A DNA stretch of 64,000 nt from an uncultured Eubacteriales bacterium. GTDB taxonomy: Bacteria; Bacillota; Clostridia; Christensenellales; Aristaeellaceae. Where the stretch lies: NCBI GenBank assembly GCA_902796025.1, contig CADBNW010000060.1:972-64971 (forward strand), written 5' to 3'. Positions 56,734 to 64,000 of this stretch are shown here, piece by piece. The notes below the pieces were generated by a model, which was not told the origin of the DNA, did no database searches, and saw only the letters and a program-made list of their open reading frames with translations. Each line of letters starts with the position of its first letter. Positions within the stretch are counted from its first letter, which is position 1. Both the position numbers and the translations under genes were made by a program.

Positions 56734-57609
56734 CTATTCACCAAGAAAAGAGCCCATATAATTCTGAAACGGAAATTTCCTTGTAAGTGTTTTTGAATAT
56801 CTCTCAAGTCTAGCATACCCTTCCCTCGCTGAATAATAGAGGAATTCGTTTACTATTAACTGGTTGTTTGACTTGACGACTTCCAGTATTTGATTATAAC
56901 GTAGATATATATCAAATATTTGAGATGCTCCTGGATATTCATTTGGAAACTTATAAGCGGTATTATATTTGTTGGGTAGCTTTATATTGTTATTTTCAAA
57001 TGTTTCTGTTAAATCAGCAATGACCTTCATTAAATCTGGTAGTAGCTGTGCACCTTTGCCAACTCGTAGCATTGGCATTATTTCTGCTGTTGCTGCTCTT
57101 CGATTCTCTTTATTCAACTGGGACGTTAATACTTTATCATAAAAACATAGTACACTCTGTGCATCAATTATCTTATCAAATAGCGGTAATATGTTTTTTT
57201 TCAACATCTCTATTTCTATGTCTATATCTGGCATGGTTTGAATAGGTAAATGAAGTATTTCCTCGATAGAAAAACCTTCCCAGCCATTACCAGACTTAGT
57301 AGACGCTAATTGTATGTCCCATGATGTTTTTTCAGCCAAATAATTATATAGAGGTTTAATTCCTATGCGAATTTTAAGGGGATCTCTATTATTATGAACT
57401 ATGCTGATAATTTGCAAAATGCCTTCACCATGTATTCTATAAAAAGTTGAATACTTTTTATAGAAGTTGAATTTATTCAAATCAGATAATAGCAACTCTG
57501 CAATCGAATTCCTTAACATTCTTTTCTCTTTAGGTGTTTCATTAAGCACATCTAAATACGTTTTTTGCGTCGTCATCCTTCTATTAGTTCCTCCCATATG
57601 CATGATCAT
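56734..57609 (-). CDS. Hypothetical protein, second DUF4304-like paralogue (immunity-like)
   Basis: 291 aa, AT-rich. ...DLNKFNFYKKYSTFYRIHGEGILQIISIVHN...ILPLFDKIIDAQSVLCFYDKVL has the same architecture as 55752-56618. The start is uncertain (57609, 57597 or 57576). Confidence 0.6.
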   Translation of the reverse strand: MIMHMGGTNRRMTTQKTYLDVLNETPKEKRMLRNSIAELLLSDLNKFNFYKKYSTFYRIHGEGILQIISIVHNNRDPLKIRIGIKPLYNYLAEKTSWDIQLASTKSGNGWEGFSIEEILHLPIQTMPDIDIEIEMLKKNILPLFDKIIDAQSVLCFYDKVLTSQLNKENRRAATAEIMPMLRVGKGAQLLPDLMKVIADLTETFENNNIKLPNKYNTAYKFPNEYPGASQIFDIYLRYNQILEVVKSNNQLIVNEFLYYSAREGYARLERYSKTLTRKFPFQNYMGSFLGE

Positions 57610-57745
57610 CCATCAGGTCGCTTCCGCACTCCCGGAATACTCCGTCGTCATGGCCATGAATGGCGTTGGTCCCACACTGGGGCCCTCAGCTTATGGCCGA
57701 GATCGGTGACCCCACACGGTTCACGCACAGGGATGCGGTACTGTC
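57605..57745 (+). pseudogene. IS110-family transposase fragment (frameshifted)
   Basis: A GC-richer patch. Two frames together read ...LPEYSVVMAMNGVGPTLGP / QLMAEIGDPTRFTHRDAV, the conserved IS110 C-terminal block (..PGIGP..A..L.AEIGD..RF). Confidence 0.65.
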
Positions 57746-57810
57746 AATTTGTCATTTTTACTCCATTTTGGGTAGGCTTAACAATGCGTTGTTCATCCCG
57801 TGGCTTCTGA

Positions 57811-58116
57811 CTATTGATTTTTAACATCTTCATTTCTATTACATCGCCGCAGGACTAAACTTGCCTTTTGGGCCGCCTCTATGATTTCATCATCGTTATA
57901 ATACATATTTGGGATTTTCAAATCTTCGACGTATGGCGAGTATCGTTCTGCTTTAGAAAAGAGATCAAAGAACGCAGAATGATCTTCATCTGTTAATTTA
58001 GAATAGTCTGTATTCACAGCATATTTCAATACAAATGCATCGCAGAAACCATGAACAGAACATTTTCGCTCTAAAAGCATATTAATCATACTTAAAAGTT
58101 CATCTCTATCGGTCAT
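57811..58116 (-). CDS. Colicin-immunity-like small protein (orphan immunity candidate)
   Basis: About 101 aa from the ATG at 58116; the track's GTG at 58149 is an alternative start. MTDRDELLSMINMLLERKCSVHGFCDAFVLKY...DHSAFFDLFSKAERYSPYVEDL...YYNDDEIIEAAQKASLVL follows the self-protective colicin-like immunity pattern (L..li..ll...is..eF..f...y....f..lf.a.e.y.P). This assignment is by eye only. Confidence 0.5.
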   Translation of the reverse strand: MTDRDELLSMINMLLERKCSVHGFCDAFVLKYAVNTDYSKLTDEDHSAFFDLFSKAERYSPYVEDLKIPNMYYNDDEIIEAAQKASLVLRRCNRNEDVKNQ

Positions 58117-58229
58117 TGTTAATTCACCACACAGTTTTCTTTTAGTCACGAATACGGCTCAATGGACCTATTGAGTCTTTTAGATACAAGAAATGATAAA
58201 CTGTACGATTATTCTCATTATATAATACT

Positions 58230-59477
58230 TGGACTGGTATGGAAAACCTGAGTGGTTTCCGTGATCCTATGCATACCAGTCTTTTGTTGGGTTCAGGCTA
58301 TGTTCGCCTATTGGTGCTGTAGCCTATAGGCTACAGGGCTCATGGAGCCCAGTGTGCTGTGCAGACGCTTCCGGTTATAAAATATTTCGACGTAATAAAA
58401 GATATTCCTGCTTTAGCGCGCTCATTCCGTCGTATTCTTTTCTCAAAATGTACTCTTTCTTCATGCTCGCGAAAAACCTCTCCACGCAGCTGTTGTCGTA
58501 CGGATAGCTCGGCTTGCTCATGCTGCCTTTGATCCCGTATTCTTCCAGCAGCTGCTGAACCATCCGGCTGCTGTATTGACTTCCTCTGTCGCTATGGAAA
58601 ACCAGAGTTTCGGTTTCCTGTTACGCGCGACCGCATTCATCAGTGCCCTGCAGACAAGCTCCGCGTTCATCTTCCTGCTGACCGCATATCCGATCACTTC
58701 CCGGTTATACAAGTCCATTACGACCGCAAGATATGCCCAGCCCAGTTTTGTTTTGAGATACGTGATGTCTCCCGCCCAGATCTCATTCATCCTTCCAGGC
58801 CTGAACTGTTGCTTCACGATGTTCTTGCAATATCTCCCCTCAGACCGTTCCTGCCTTCCGGGCTTGTACTTCTTCAACTGCACCGGATAGAACCCATTTT
58901 CACGCATGATCCGCCGGATCTTTCATTCACTCATCTCCTTCCCGCTTTTCTGCAGTGCTCCCCTTATACGCCTGCAGCCATAGGTGCTATTGCTGTCTTT
59001 GAACACTTCCTGGACTTCCCGGATGTCCCTCTCCTCATTTTTGATCTTTTCTCTTCGCCTCGCCTCTGCTTTCTTCCAATGATAATATGCTGCTTCCTTC
59101 AACCCCAATGCCCTGCACTGTTTACATAGATCGCTTCACATTTCATTCGTGTGGTTGCATAAAGATGTGCAGGGATTTTTTAGTATCTCAACTTTCTCCT
59201 TCTCGTCCGCCAACTCTTTTTCTTTCTTCTTCAGCTCTTTCTCCAGCTCTTTTACTCGGTACACCAGTTCTCCCTCCGTCTTTGGCTCTTTCTTCCTGAC
59301 GATCCCTTTTGCTTCGGCGTAGCTGGGCATGTTGTGCGCTCGTCGGTCATACTCGCCACATCGTAACCGCCGGTATCCAGAAAGCCTTTAGTGTGGCAAG
59401 CGACGTGGTTTTCAGGTACTTACTGAAGCCATATGCATATGGTTGCGGAAACCACTCAGGTTTTCCATATCAGTCCA
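58230..59477 (-). mobile_element. IS3-family insertion sequence, full-length ends but inactivated orfAB
   Basis: The terminal inverted repeats are TGGACTGGTATGGAAAACCTGAGTGGTTTCCG (58230-58261) and the reverse complement of 59446-59477, matching at 31 of 32 positions. Inside are an orfA remnant with a leucine zipper (59136-59330) and an rve/DDE orfB split over at least 3 frames. The 3 bp flanking each end are ACT and CAG, so no target-site duplication is present. Confidence 0.85.
58375..59108 (-). pseudogene. IS3-family transposase orfB, frameshifted
   Basis: Three fragments remain. They are 58923-59108 (..STYGCRRIRGALQKSGK), 58518-58907 (EIWAGDITYLKTKLGWAYLAVVMDLYNREVIGY..) and 58375-58563 (MVQQLLEEYGIKGSMSKPSYPYDNSCVERFF). 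The frame breaks just before the HSDRGSQY block seen intact in the copy at 59851-60354. Confidence 0.85.
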
Positions 59478-59487
59478 CAGCTCTCAT

Positions 59488-59799
59488 CTATTGGGAATCC
59501 GAAAATAGTGTGACATCATCCGAATAGCTCTTTTTACTTGCTATTAATTCATCATTAATATACTTATACTCTACAATTAATACTCGTCTATCTTTCAGAA
59601 GGTGGAAAGAACAAATGACCATGCTTCCTCCGCTTTGAGCCTGAGGGTCAACTTGCATTGCTTCTTCAAAAGTTGTCTGCCCAATTTTTATAAAAGCATC
59701 GATGCTCTTTTGCTCCATTTTTTTATTCATAAAACTCAGACAGTACAGTAAAAGTAGACTTAAACCTATAATTAAGAATATTTTCTTATTGAACTTCAT
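59488..59799 (-). CDS. Small membrane-anchored/secreted hypothetical protein
   Basis: The ATG at 59799 lies 9 nt after AAGGAG; the track start at 59808 abuts the RBS. MKFNKKIFLIIGLSLLLLYCLSF is a hydrophobic anchor, followed by a domain of about 80 aa. AT-rich. Confidence 0.6.
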   Translation of the reverse strand: MKFNKKIFLIIGLSLLLLYCLSFMNKKMEQKSIDAFIKIGQTTFEEAMQVDPQAQSGGSMVICSFHLLKDRRVLIVEYKYINDELIASKKSYSDDVTLFSDSQ

Positions 59800-59823
59800 A
59801 CTCAACATCTCCTTAGAGGGTTA

Positions 59824-60354
59824 CTCATGCATACCAGTCTTTTGTTGTGATCAGGCTATGTTCGCCTGTTGGTGCTGCAGCCTATAGGCTACAGGGCTCA
59901 AGGAACCCTGTGTGCTGTGCAGACGCTTCCGGTTATAGAGTATTTCGACGTAATAAAAGATATTCCTGCTTAGCGCACGCTTTCCGTCGTATTCTTTTTT
60001 CAAAATGTACTCTTTCTTCATGCTCGCGAAAAACCTCTCCACGCAGCTGTTGTCGTACGGATAGCCCGGCTTGCTCATGCTGCCTTTGATCCCGTGTTCT
60101 TCCAGCAGCTGCTGAACCATCCGGCTGCTGTATTGACTTCCTCTGTCGCTATGGAAAACCAGAGATTTCGGTTTTCCGTTCCGCTCGACCGCATTCATCA
60201 GTGCCCTGCAGGCAAGCTCCGCGTTCATCTTCCTGCTGGCCGCATATCCGATCACTTCCCGGTTATACAAGTCCATTACGACCGCAAGATATACCCAGCC
60301 CAGTTTTGTTTTGAGATCAACCGCAAAATCGGCAAAATGGAAGGATTCAGGCAT
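59824..60354 (-). pseudogene. Truncated IS3-family orfB copy (both IS ends missing) fused to flanking sequence
   Basis: Positions 59824-60317 align with 58266-58760 of the full copy, at roughly 90-95% identity by eye with small indels. The ORF at 59851-60354 keeps HSDRGSQY and the C-terminal E-region. It lacks the first catalytic Asp block (WAGDITY is replaced by MPESFHFADFAVD from flanking DNA). Confidence 0.8.
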
Positions 60355-60417
60355 GAACCACCCGTTGATGGTGTAACGGGAAGCTCGCCGAAAGCCCGTA
60401 TTTACCGGGGTTTTCGG

Positions 60418-60463
60418 GCAAAAAGCAACAACCCCAATCTCGTATCAGGATTAGGGTTGTTAG
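60418..60463 (-). terminator. Intrinsic terminator after tRNA-Leu(UAA)
   Basis: The minus strand reads AACAACCCTAATC-ctgatacga-GATTGGGGTTGTT followed by GCTTTTTG. Confidence 0.7.
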
Positions 60464-60467
60464 GCGC

Positions 60468-60550
60468 TGCTGAAGGCGGGACTCGAACCCGCACGCCGGT
60501 GAGAGCAGGGGATTTTAAGTCCCCGGTGTCTGCCATTCCACCACTTCAGC
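60468..60550 (-). tRNA. tRNA-Leu (anticodon TAA)
   Basis: The minus strand reads GCTGAAGTGGTGGAATGGCAGACACCGGGGACTTAAAATCCCCTGCTCTCACCGGCGTGCGGGTTCGAGTCCCGCCTTCAGCA. Acceptor pairing is GCTGAAG/CTTCAGC, the anticodon loop is CT-TAA-AA, and a long variable arm is present. Confidence 0.92.
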
Positions 60551-60559
60551 ATGCGAAAT

Positions 60560-60588
60560 ATTATAATCGTGCCAGAACAAGCTGTCAA
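60560..60588 (-). promoter_or_regulatory. Perfect consensus promoter (TTGACA, 17-nt spacer, TATAAT) for tRNA-Leu(UAA)
   Basis: On the minus strand, TTGACA is at 60588-60583 and TATAAT at 60565-60560, 9 nt upstream of the tRNA 5' end. Confidence 0.75.
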
Positions 60589-60623
60589 GCAAACAGTGTT
60601 AAATTGAAAATGCGCGGCCGTTG

Positions 60624-60652
60624 TTGACATTTTGCAATATTTATGATATACT
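60624..60652 (+). promoter_or_regulatory. SigA-type promoter: TTGACA, 17-nt spacer, TATACT
   Basis: TTGACA at 60624-60629 and TATACT at 60647-60652. It lies 32 nt upstream of the ATG at 60685 and diverges from the tRNA promoter. Confidence 0.65.
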
Positions 60653-60684
60653 TTCTTCATACTTTCAAAAAGGGAGTTCTGCTT

Positions 60685-62238
60685 ATGTGCAAAAGTAAAC
60701 GAGTGCTGGCATTGATTTGCAGCCTTGTGCTTATATTCTCTTGCTTTGATTTTGCCGCCCGCGCGGAGTCTGCGAGCTACGCCTTTATAAAGACCACGCG
60801 CGCTTCGCTGTATTCTTCCTCCGCCATGAGCTCCCGCTCCCGTTACCTCTATAAATACGAGATCGTAAGCGTGCTTAGCACCGACAACGTCAAGGCGCGC
60901 GTGGAATACAACAACAAAAACTATTATATATACCTTAAGGATATCGCGATCGTTTCCAATCCCCTGAATCAGCAAGCTGTGGTAAGCCGGAATACCTACG
61001 TTTACGCCAAGCCATCCACCTCCGCCGCTCGGGCCTCCGTAAGCAAAAACCTGAGCCTCACGGTGCTGGCCATAAACGGCAGCTGGGCCATGGTGGAACG
61101 AAACGGCAACACCGGCTACATCAAAACCGCCTGCCTTGCAAAGCCCGAGGCCGAGACCCAGGCGCCCATCGCCACCAAGCCCACAAAGGATAGTTACGAC
61201 CTGGGCACCGGCGCCGTGTCCTGCGATTTGGAGGCGCTGGTCAGCACCGCCTCCCTTTCCGTGTACGCAAAGGCCTCCGCCTCCTCGACAAAGCTTGGCA
61301 GCCTCAAAAAAAACACCCGGGTAAACGTGTACGCCTACAACGGCACCTGGGCGTATATCGAGCTTGAGGGACACTTCGGCTACTGCAAAAAGGCGTATCT
61401 GAAGCTCGTCCCCGCAGCCACCCCCACGCCCCAGCCCACGCCGACTCCGGACGATTCCCTCTACGGTCTTACCAAATGCGATTCCGTGGACGCCGTGACC
61501 AAGGCCAAGGTCAAGGTCTACGCGCAGCCAGACACCAAGTCCACCTATCTTGGCTACATCAGCAAAAACACCCAGCTGCAGGTGATCGCCCTAAGCGCAA
61601 AATGGGCGCTGATCGAGCTTGCGGGCAGGCAGGGCTATACGCAGCTTTCGGGGCTTAAAAAGCTTAGCCCCGCAGTAACGCCGACGCCCACCCCCACGCC
61701 TGCTCCTACGCCCACCCCCACGCCTGCTCCTACGCCCACCCCTACACCTGCTCCTACTCCTGCGCCGACCTACACCTCCACCGATCCTCTGTTTTTGAAT
61801 ACCTCCACCAGCAACGAGCAAAAAATCTACGAATACCTGACCGCGCACACCCCCTACAACGAGGCGGTAGCCTGCGGCATTCTTGCAAACATCAAGCAGG
61901 AATCCAACTTCAGCCCCACCAGCGGCAAAGGCAGCAATTATCAGGGGCTTTGCCAGTGGAGCACCACGCGCTTTGCGATCCTCGTAAGCTGGTGCGAAAA
62001 GCAGGGCTTTGATCCCTATTCCCTGGAGGGCCAGGTAAAATTCCTCTATTACGACCTTTCCCAGCGCTATACGCTGTACAACAAAGCGCTTTTGCAGATC
62101 GAAAACACCTCTGAAGGCGCATACGAGGCGGGCTACTATTTCTGCTATCACTACGAGCGCCCGGCGAGCCTCGAAAGCTCCTCCGTAAAGCGCGGCACGC
62201 GCGCCAGGGACGTTTACTGGGTAAAATACGCACATTGA
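60685..62238 (+). CDS. Secreted cell-wall hydrolase: four SH3b-like modules + Pro/Thr linkers + phage-tail-type lysozyme domain
   Basis: The ATG at 60685 follows AAGGGAG. The signal peptide is [27 protein letters not shown]. There are four modules, each ending in G(Y/F)(I/C/T)(K/Q). The C-terminus [21 protein letters not shown]...[11 protein letters not shown]...[12 protein letters not shown] matches the phage tail lysozyme pattern. Confidence 0.75.
   Translation: MCKSKRVLALICSLVLIFSCFDFAARAESASYAFIKTTRASLYSSSAMSSRSRYLYKYEIVSVLSTDNVKARVEYNNKNYYIYLKDIAIVSNPLNQQAVVSRNTYVYAKPSTSAARASVSKNLSLTVLAINGSWAMVERNGNTGYIKTACLAKPEAETQAPIATKPTKDSYDLGTGAVSCDLEALVSTASLSVYAKASASSTKLGSLKKNTRVNVYAYNGTWAYIELEGHFGYCKKAYLKLVPAATPTPQPTPTPDDSLYGLTKCDSVDAVTKAKVKVYAQPDTKSTYLGYISKNTQLQVIALSAKWALIELAGRQGYTQLSGLKKLSPAVTPTPTPTPAPTPTPTPAPTPTPTPAPTPAPTYTSTDPLFLNTSTSNEQKIYEYLTAHTPYNEAVACGILANIKQESNFSPTSGKGSNYQGLCQWSTTRFAILVSWCEKQGFDPYSLEGQVKFLYYDLSQRYTLYNKALLQIENTSEGAYEAGYYFCYHYERPASLESSSVKRGTRARDVYWVKYAH
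61684..61755 (+). repeat. 3 x 24-bp tandem repeat encoding a (TPTPTPAP)3 linker
   Basis: ACGCCCACCCCCACGCCTGCTCCT occurs at 61684, 61708 and 61732. The third copy has 2 substitutions. The repeat is in frame within the CDS. Confidence 0.9.
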
Positions 62239-62246
62239 GGCCAGGG

Positions 62247-63026
62247 ATGAAGCTGTTTGATTCTCATTGCCACATAAACGATCCCGCCTTCGACGAAGAT
62301 CGCGCCGAGGTCCTATCCCGCATGCACGAAAGCGGGATCGTCAAGGCCGTCGTCGTCGGAAGCGCCGAAAACGACGGGGCGGACGTGCTTCGATTGCTTG
62401 GATCTGAAGCCTTCCTCTACGGCGCGTACGGGCTTCACCCGCATAACGCCGATCTGTACAGCGCGCAGGTGGAGGATGCGATCGTATCCATGATGGCAAA
62501 ACCCAAAATGCAGGCGCTTGGCGAGATCGGGCTGGATTATCACTACGACTTTTCTCCCCGCGATACCCAAAAGCGGGTCTTTGCGCGCCAGCTGGAGCTT
62601 GCAAGCGAATTGGATAAGCCCGTCGTCATGCACATCCGCGAAGCCCACGGCGACGCTTACGAGATCCTGAGCGCCCATCTGAAAAAGGGCCTTAAGCTGC
62701 GCGGCGTGATGCACTGCTTTGGCGGCAGTCTTGAAAGCGCGCAGGAATATGTGCGTATGGGATTGTACATTTCCTTTTCCGGCTCGCTCACCTTTAAAAA
62801 CGCGCCCAATCTTACGCGCTGCGCCATAGGGCTGCCCCTTGATCGCATTTTGATCGAGACCGATTCTCCCTATATGTCACCCATTCCCCTGCGAGGGCGC
62901 AGAAACGAGCCCGCAAACGTGTTTTACGTGTGTCAAAAGCTTGCCGAGCTAAAGGAAATAAGCCCCGAGGAAGCGGCGCAGCAAACGTACCTTAACGCCT
63001 TGACGGCATTCGATATCGGAGGGTAA
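62247..63026 (+). CDS. tatD: TatD-family metal-dependent DNase/hydrolase
   Basis: MKLFDSHCHINDPAFDEDR...GEIGLDYHY...VMHIREAH...MHCFGGS...ETDSPYMSP. I chose the ATG at 62247; the track start at 62235 is a TTG overlapping the upstream stop. Confidence 0.9.
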   Translation: MKLFDSHCHINDPAFDEDRAEVLSRMHESGIVKAVVVGSAENDGADVLRLLGSEAFLYGAYGLHPHNADLYSAQVEDAIVSMMAKPKMQALGEIGLDYHYDFSPRDTQKRVFARQLELASELDKPVVMHIREAHGDAYEILSAHLKKGLKLRGVMHCFGGSLESAQEYVRMGLYISFSGSLTFKNAPNLTRCAIGLPLDRILIETDSPYMSPIPLRGRRNEPANVFYVCQKLAELKEISPEEAAQQTYLNALTAFDIGG

Positions 63027-63033
63027 TCTTTTC

Positions 63034-64000
63034 ATGTACGATGTGGCAATCATCGGCTGCGGCATTAGCGGCGCAGCGCTGGCCTATGAGCTTAGCCTGT
63101 ACAGGCTGAAGGTGCTGGTGCTGGAGAAGGAAAACGACATCGCGCTTGGGGCCACCAGGGCCAACAGCGCGATCATTCACGCGGGCTACGATCCGGAGCC
63201 CGGCACGCTGATGGCGCGTTTGAACGTCGAGGGCTGCCGCATGGCGCCGGAGATCTGCAAGCGCCTTGGCGTATCCTACCGCGCCTGCCCCTCGCTGGTG
63301 CTGGCGTTTGACGAGGAAGACGCAAAAAGCGTACAAAAGCTGTACGAGCGCGGCGTCAAAAACGGCGTACCCGGCCTTGAGATCCTGAACGGCGAGCAGG
63401 TGCACGCCCTCGAGCCGCACGTGAGCCAAAGCGTTTGCGCGGCGCTGTACGCCCCGTTCTCCGGCATCATCAATCCCTGGGATTACGCCCTGGCCTTTGC
63501 CGAGGTCGCCGTGCAAAACGGTGCAGACATCCGCTTGAGCGCACCGGTCAGCGCCATAAACCGCACCCAGCAGGGCTACATGCTCTTTAGCGGCAGCAAG
63601 TGTTTTGAGGCAAGGCGTGTCGTAAACGCCGCCGGCGTGGACAGCGCGGCCATCCACAATCTGGTAGCGCCCAAAGCCTTCAATATCATTCCCACCAAGG
63701 GCAGCTACTATCTGATGGACAAAAGCGAGGGCTTCCGGGCAAAGCACGTGCTGTTCCAGTGCCCAAGCGCACGCGGCAAGGGCGTGCTGGTGACCCCGAC
63801 CGTGCACGGCAACCTGCTCGTGGGGCCGGACGCCGCCGTAAGCGCTGACGCGCATCGGGTAAACACCACCGCCGAAAGCCTTGACTACATCAAAGCGGAA
63901 GCCGCTAAGAGCGTTCCCGACATCAATTACCGCTCCTGCATCCGCTGCTTTGCGGGCATGCGCGCAAACAGCGATCAGAAGGACTTCATCATAAGCTTTG
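63034..64000 (+). CDS. FAD-dependent oxidoreductase (glycerol-3-phosphate dehydrogenase/GlpA-like), 3'-truncated by window edge
   Basis: Absent from the ORF track because there is no stop in the window. My translation is MYDVAIIGCGISGAALAYELSLYRLKVLVLEKENDIALGATRANSAIIHAGYDPEPGTLMARLNVEG..., which contains a GxGxxG FAD fold. Confidence 0.8.
   Translation, partial: MYDVAIIGCGISGAALAYELSLYRLKVLVLEKENDIALGATRANSAIIHAGYDPEPGTLMARLNVEGCRMAPEICKRLGVSYRACPSLVLAFDEEDAKSVQKLYERGVKNGVPGLEILNGEQVHALEPHVSQSVCAALYAPFSGIINPWDYALAFAEVAVQNGADIRLSAPVSAINRTQQGYMLFSGSKCFEARRVVNAAGVDSAAIHNLVAPKAFNIIPTKGSYYLMDKSEGFRAKHVLFQCPSARGKGVLVTPTVHGNLLVGPDAAVSADAHRVNTTAESLDYIKAEAAKSVPDINYRSCIRCFAGMRANSDQKDFIISF

Noticed and set aside
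58923-59330. ORFs 58923-59108 and 59136-59330 as independent genes.
   Set aside because: They lie inside the IS3 inverted repeats and correspond to the orfA leucine-zipper remnant and the N-terminal piece of the frameshifted orfB.
61684-61755. Tandem 24-bp repeats as a possible CRISPR or minisatellite.
   Set aside because: The repeats are contiguous with no spacers, in frame, and encode a Pro/Thr linker within a CDS. No CRISPR-like repeat-spacer structure was seen anywhere in the window.

Overview
The window looks like a chromosomal segment of a high-GC (roughly 60% by eye) Gram-positive Clostridia-type bacterium. The taxonomic guess rests on the conserved gene orders darA-holB-ricT and comEC-holA, a SpoIID-family protein, an ECF-type RibU behind an FMN riboswitch, and LplABC-type sugar ABC transporters. 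Most of the window is ordinary core or carbohydrate-utilisation DNA.

- Core and housekeeping genes: upp, a phosphohexomutase, luxS, an ECF sigma / anti-sigma pair, tatD, fucI, and two solitary tRNA-Leu genes, each with a near-consensus promoter.
- Carbohydrate genes: a GH94-like phosphorylase, a GH31 alpha-xylosidase, and a debranching cluster (CBM9-like/CE15 lipoprotein, a large glycoside hydrolase, a CE2-like esterase, a GH78 rhamnosidase).
- Low-GC island at about 54.9-60.46 kb. It abuts the 3' end of tRNA-Leu(UAA). Decayed IS66, IS110 and three IS3-family copies alternate with four intact small ORFs that look like orphan polymorphic-toxin immunity genes. These are two DUF4304-like paralogues, one colicin-immunity-like protein and one membrane-anchored protein. 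No toxin or integrase gene is present.
- Two secreted caspase-like (peptidase C14) proteins. One is a stand-alone protein coupled to a SpoIID-SH3 gene. The other is the C-terminus of a 1197-aa LRR-(Big_2)n protein, followed by a Cys-rich zinc-ribbon ORF, a CYTH triphosphatase and a secreted MBL-fold protein.
- A fused nucleotidyltransferase-GHMP kinase of unknown sugar specificity.
- A URO-D-like gene heading a sugar ABC operon.

No CRISPR array, rRNA or intact prophage was seen. All family assignments come from motif recognition by eye; no database search was run.
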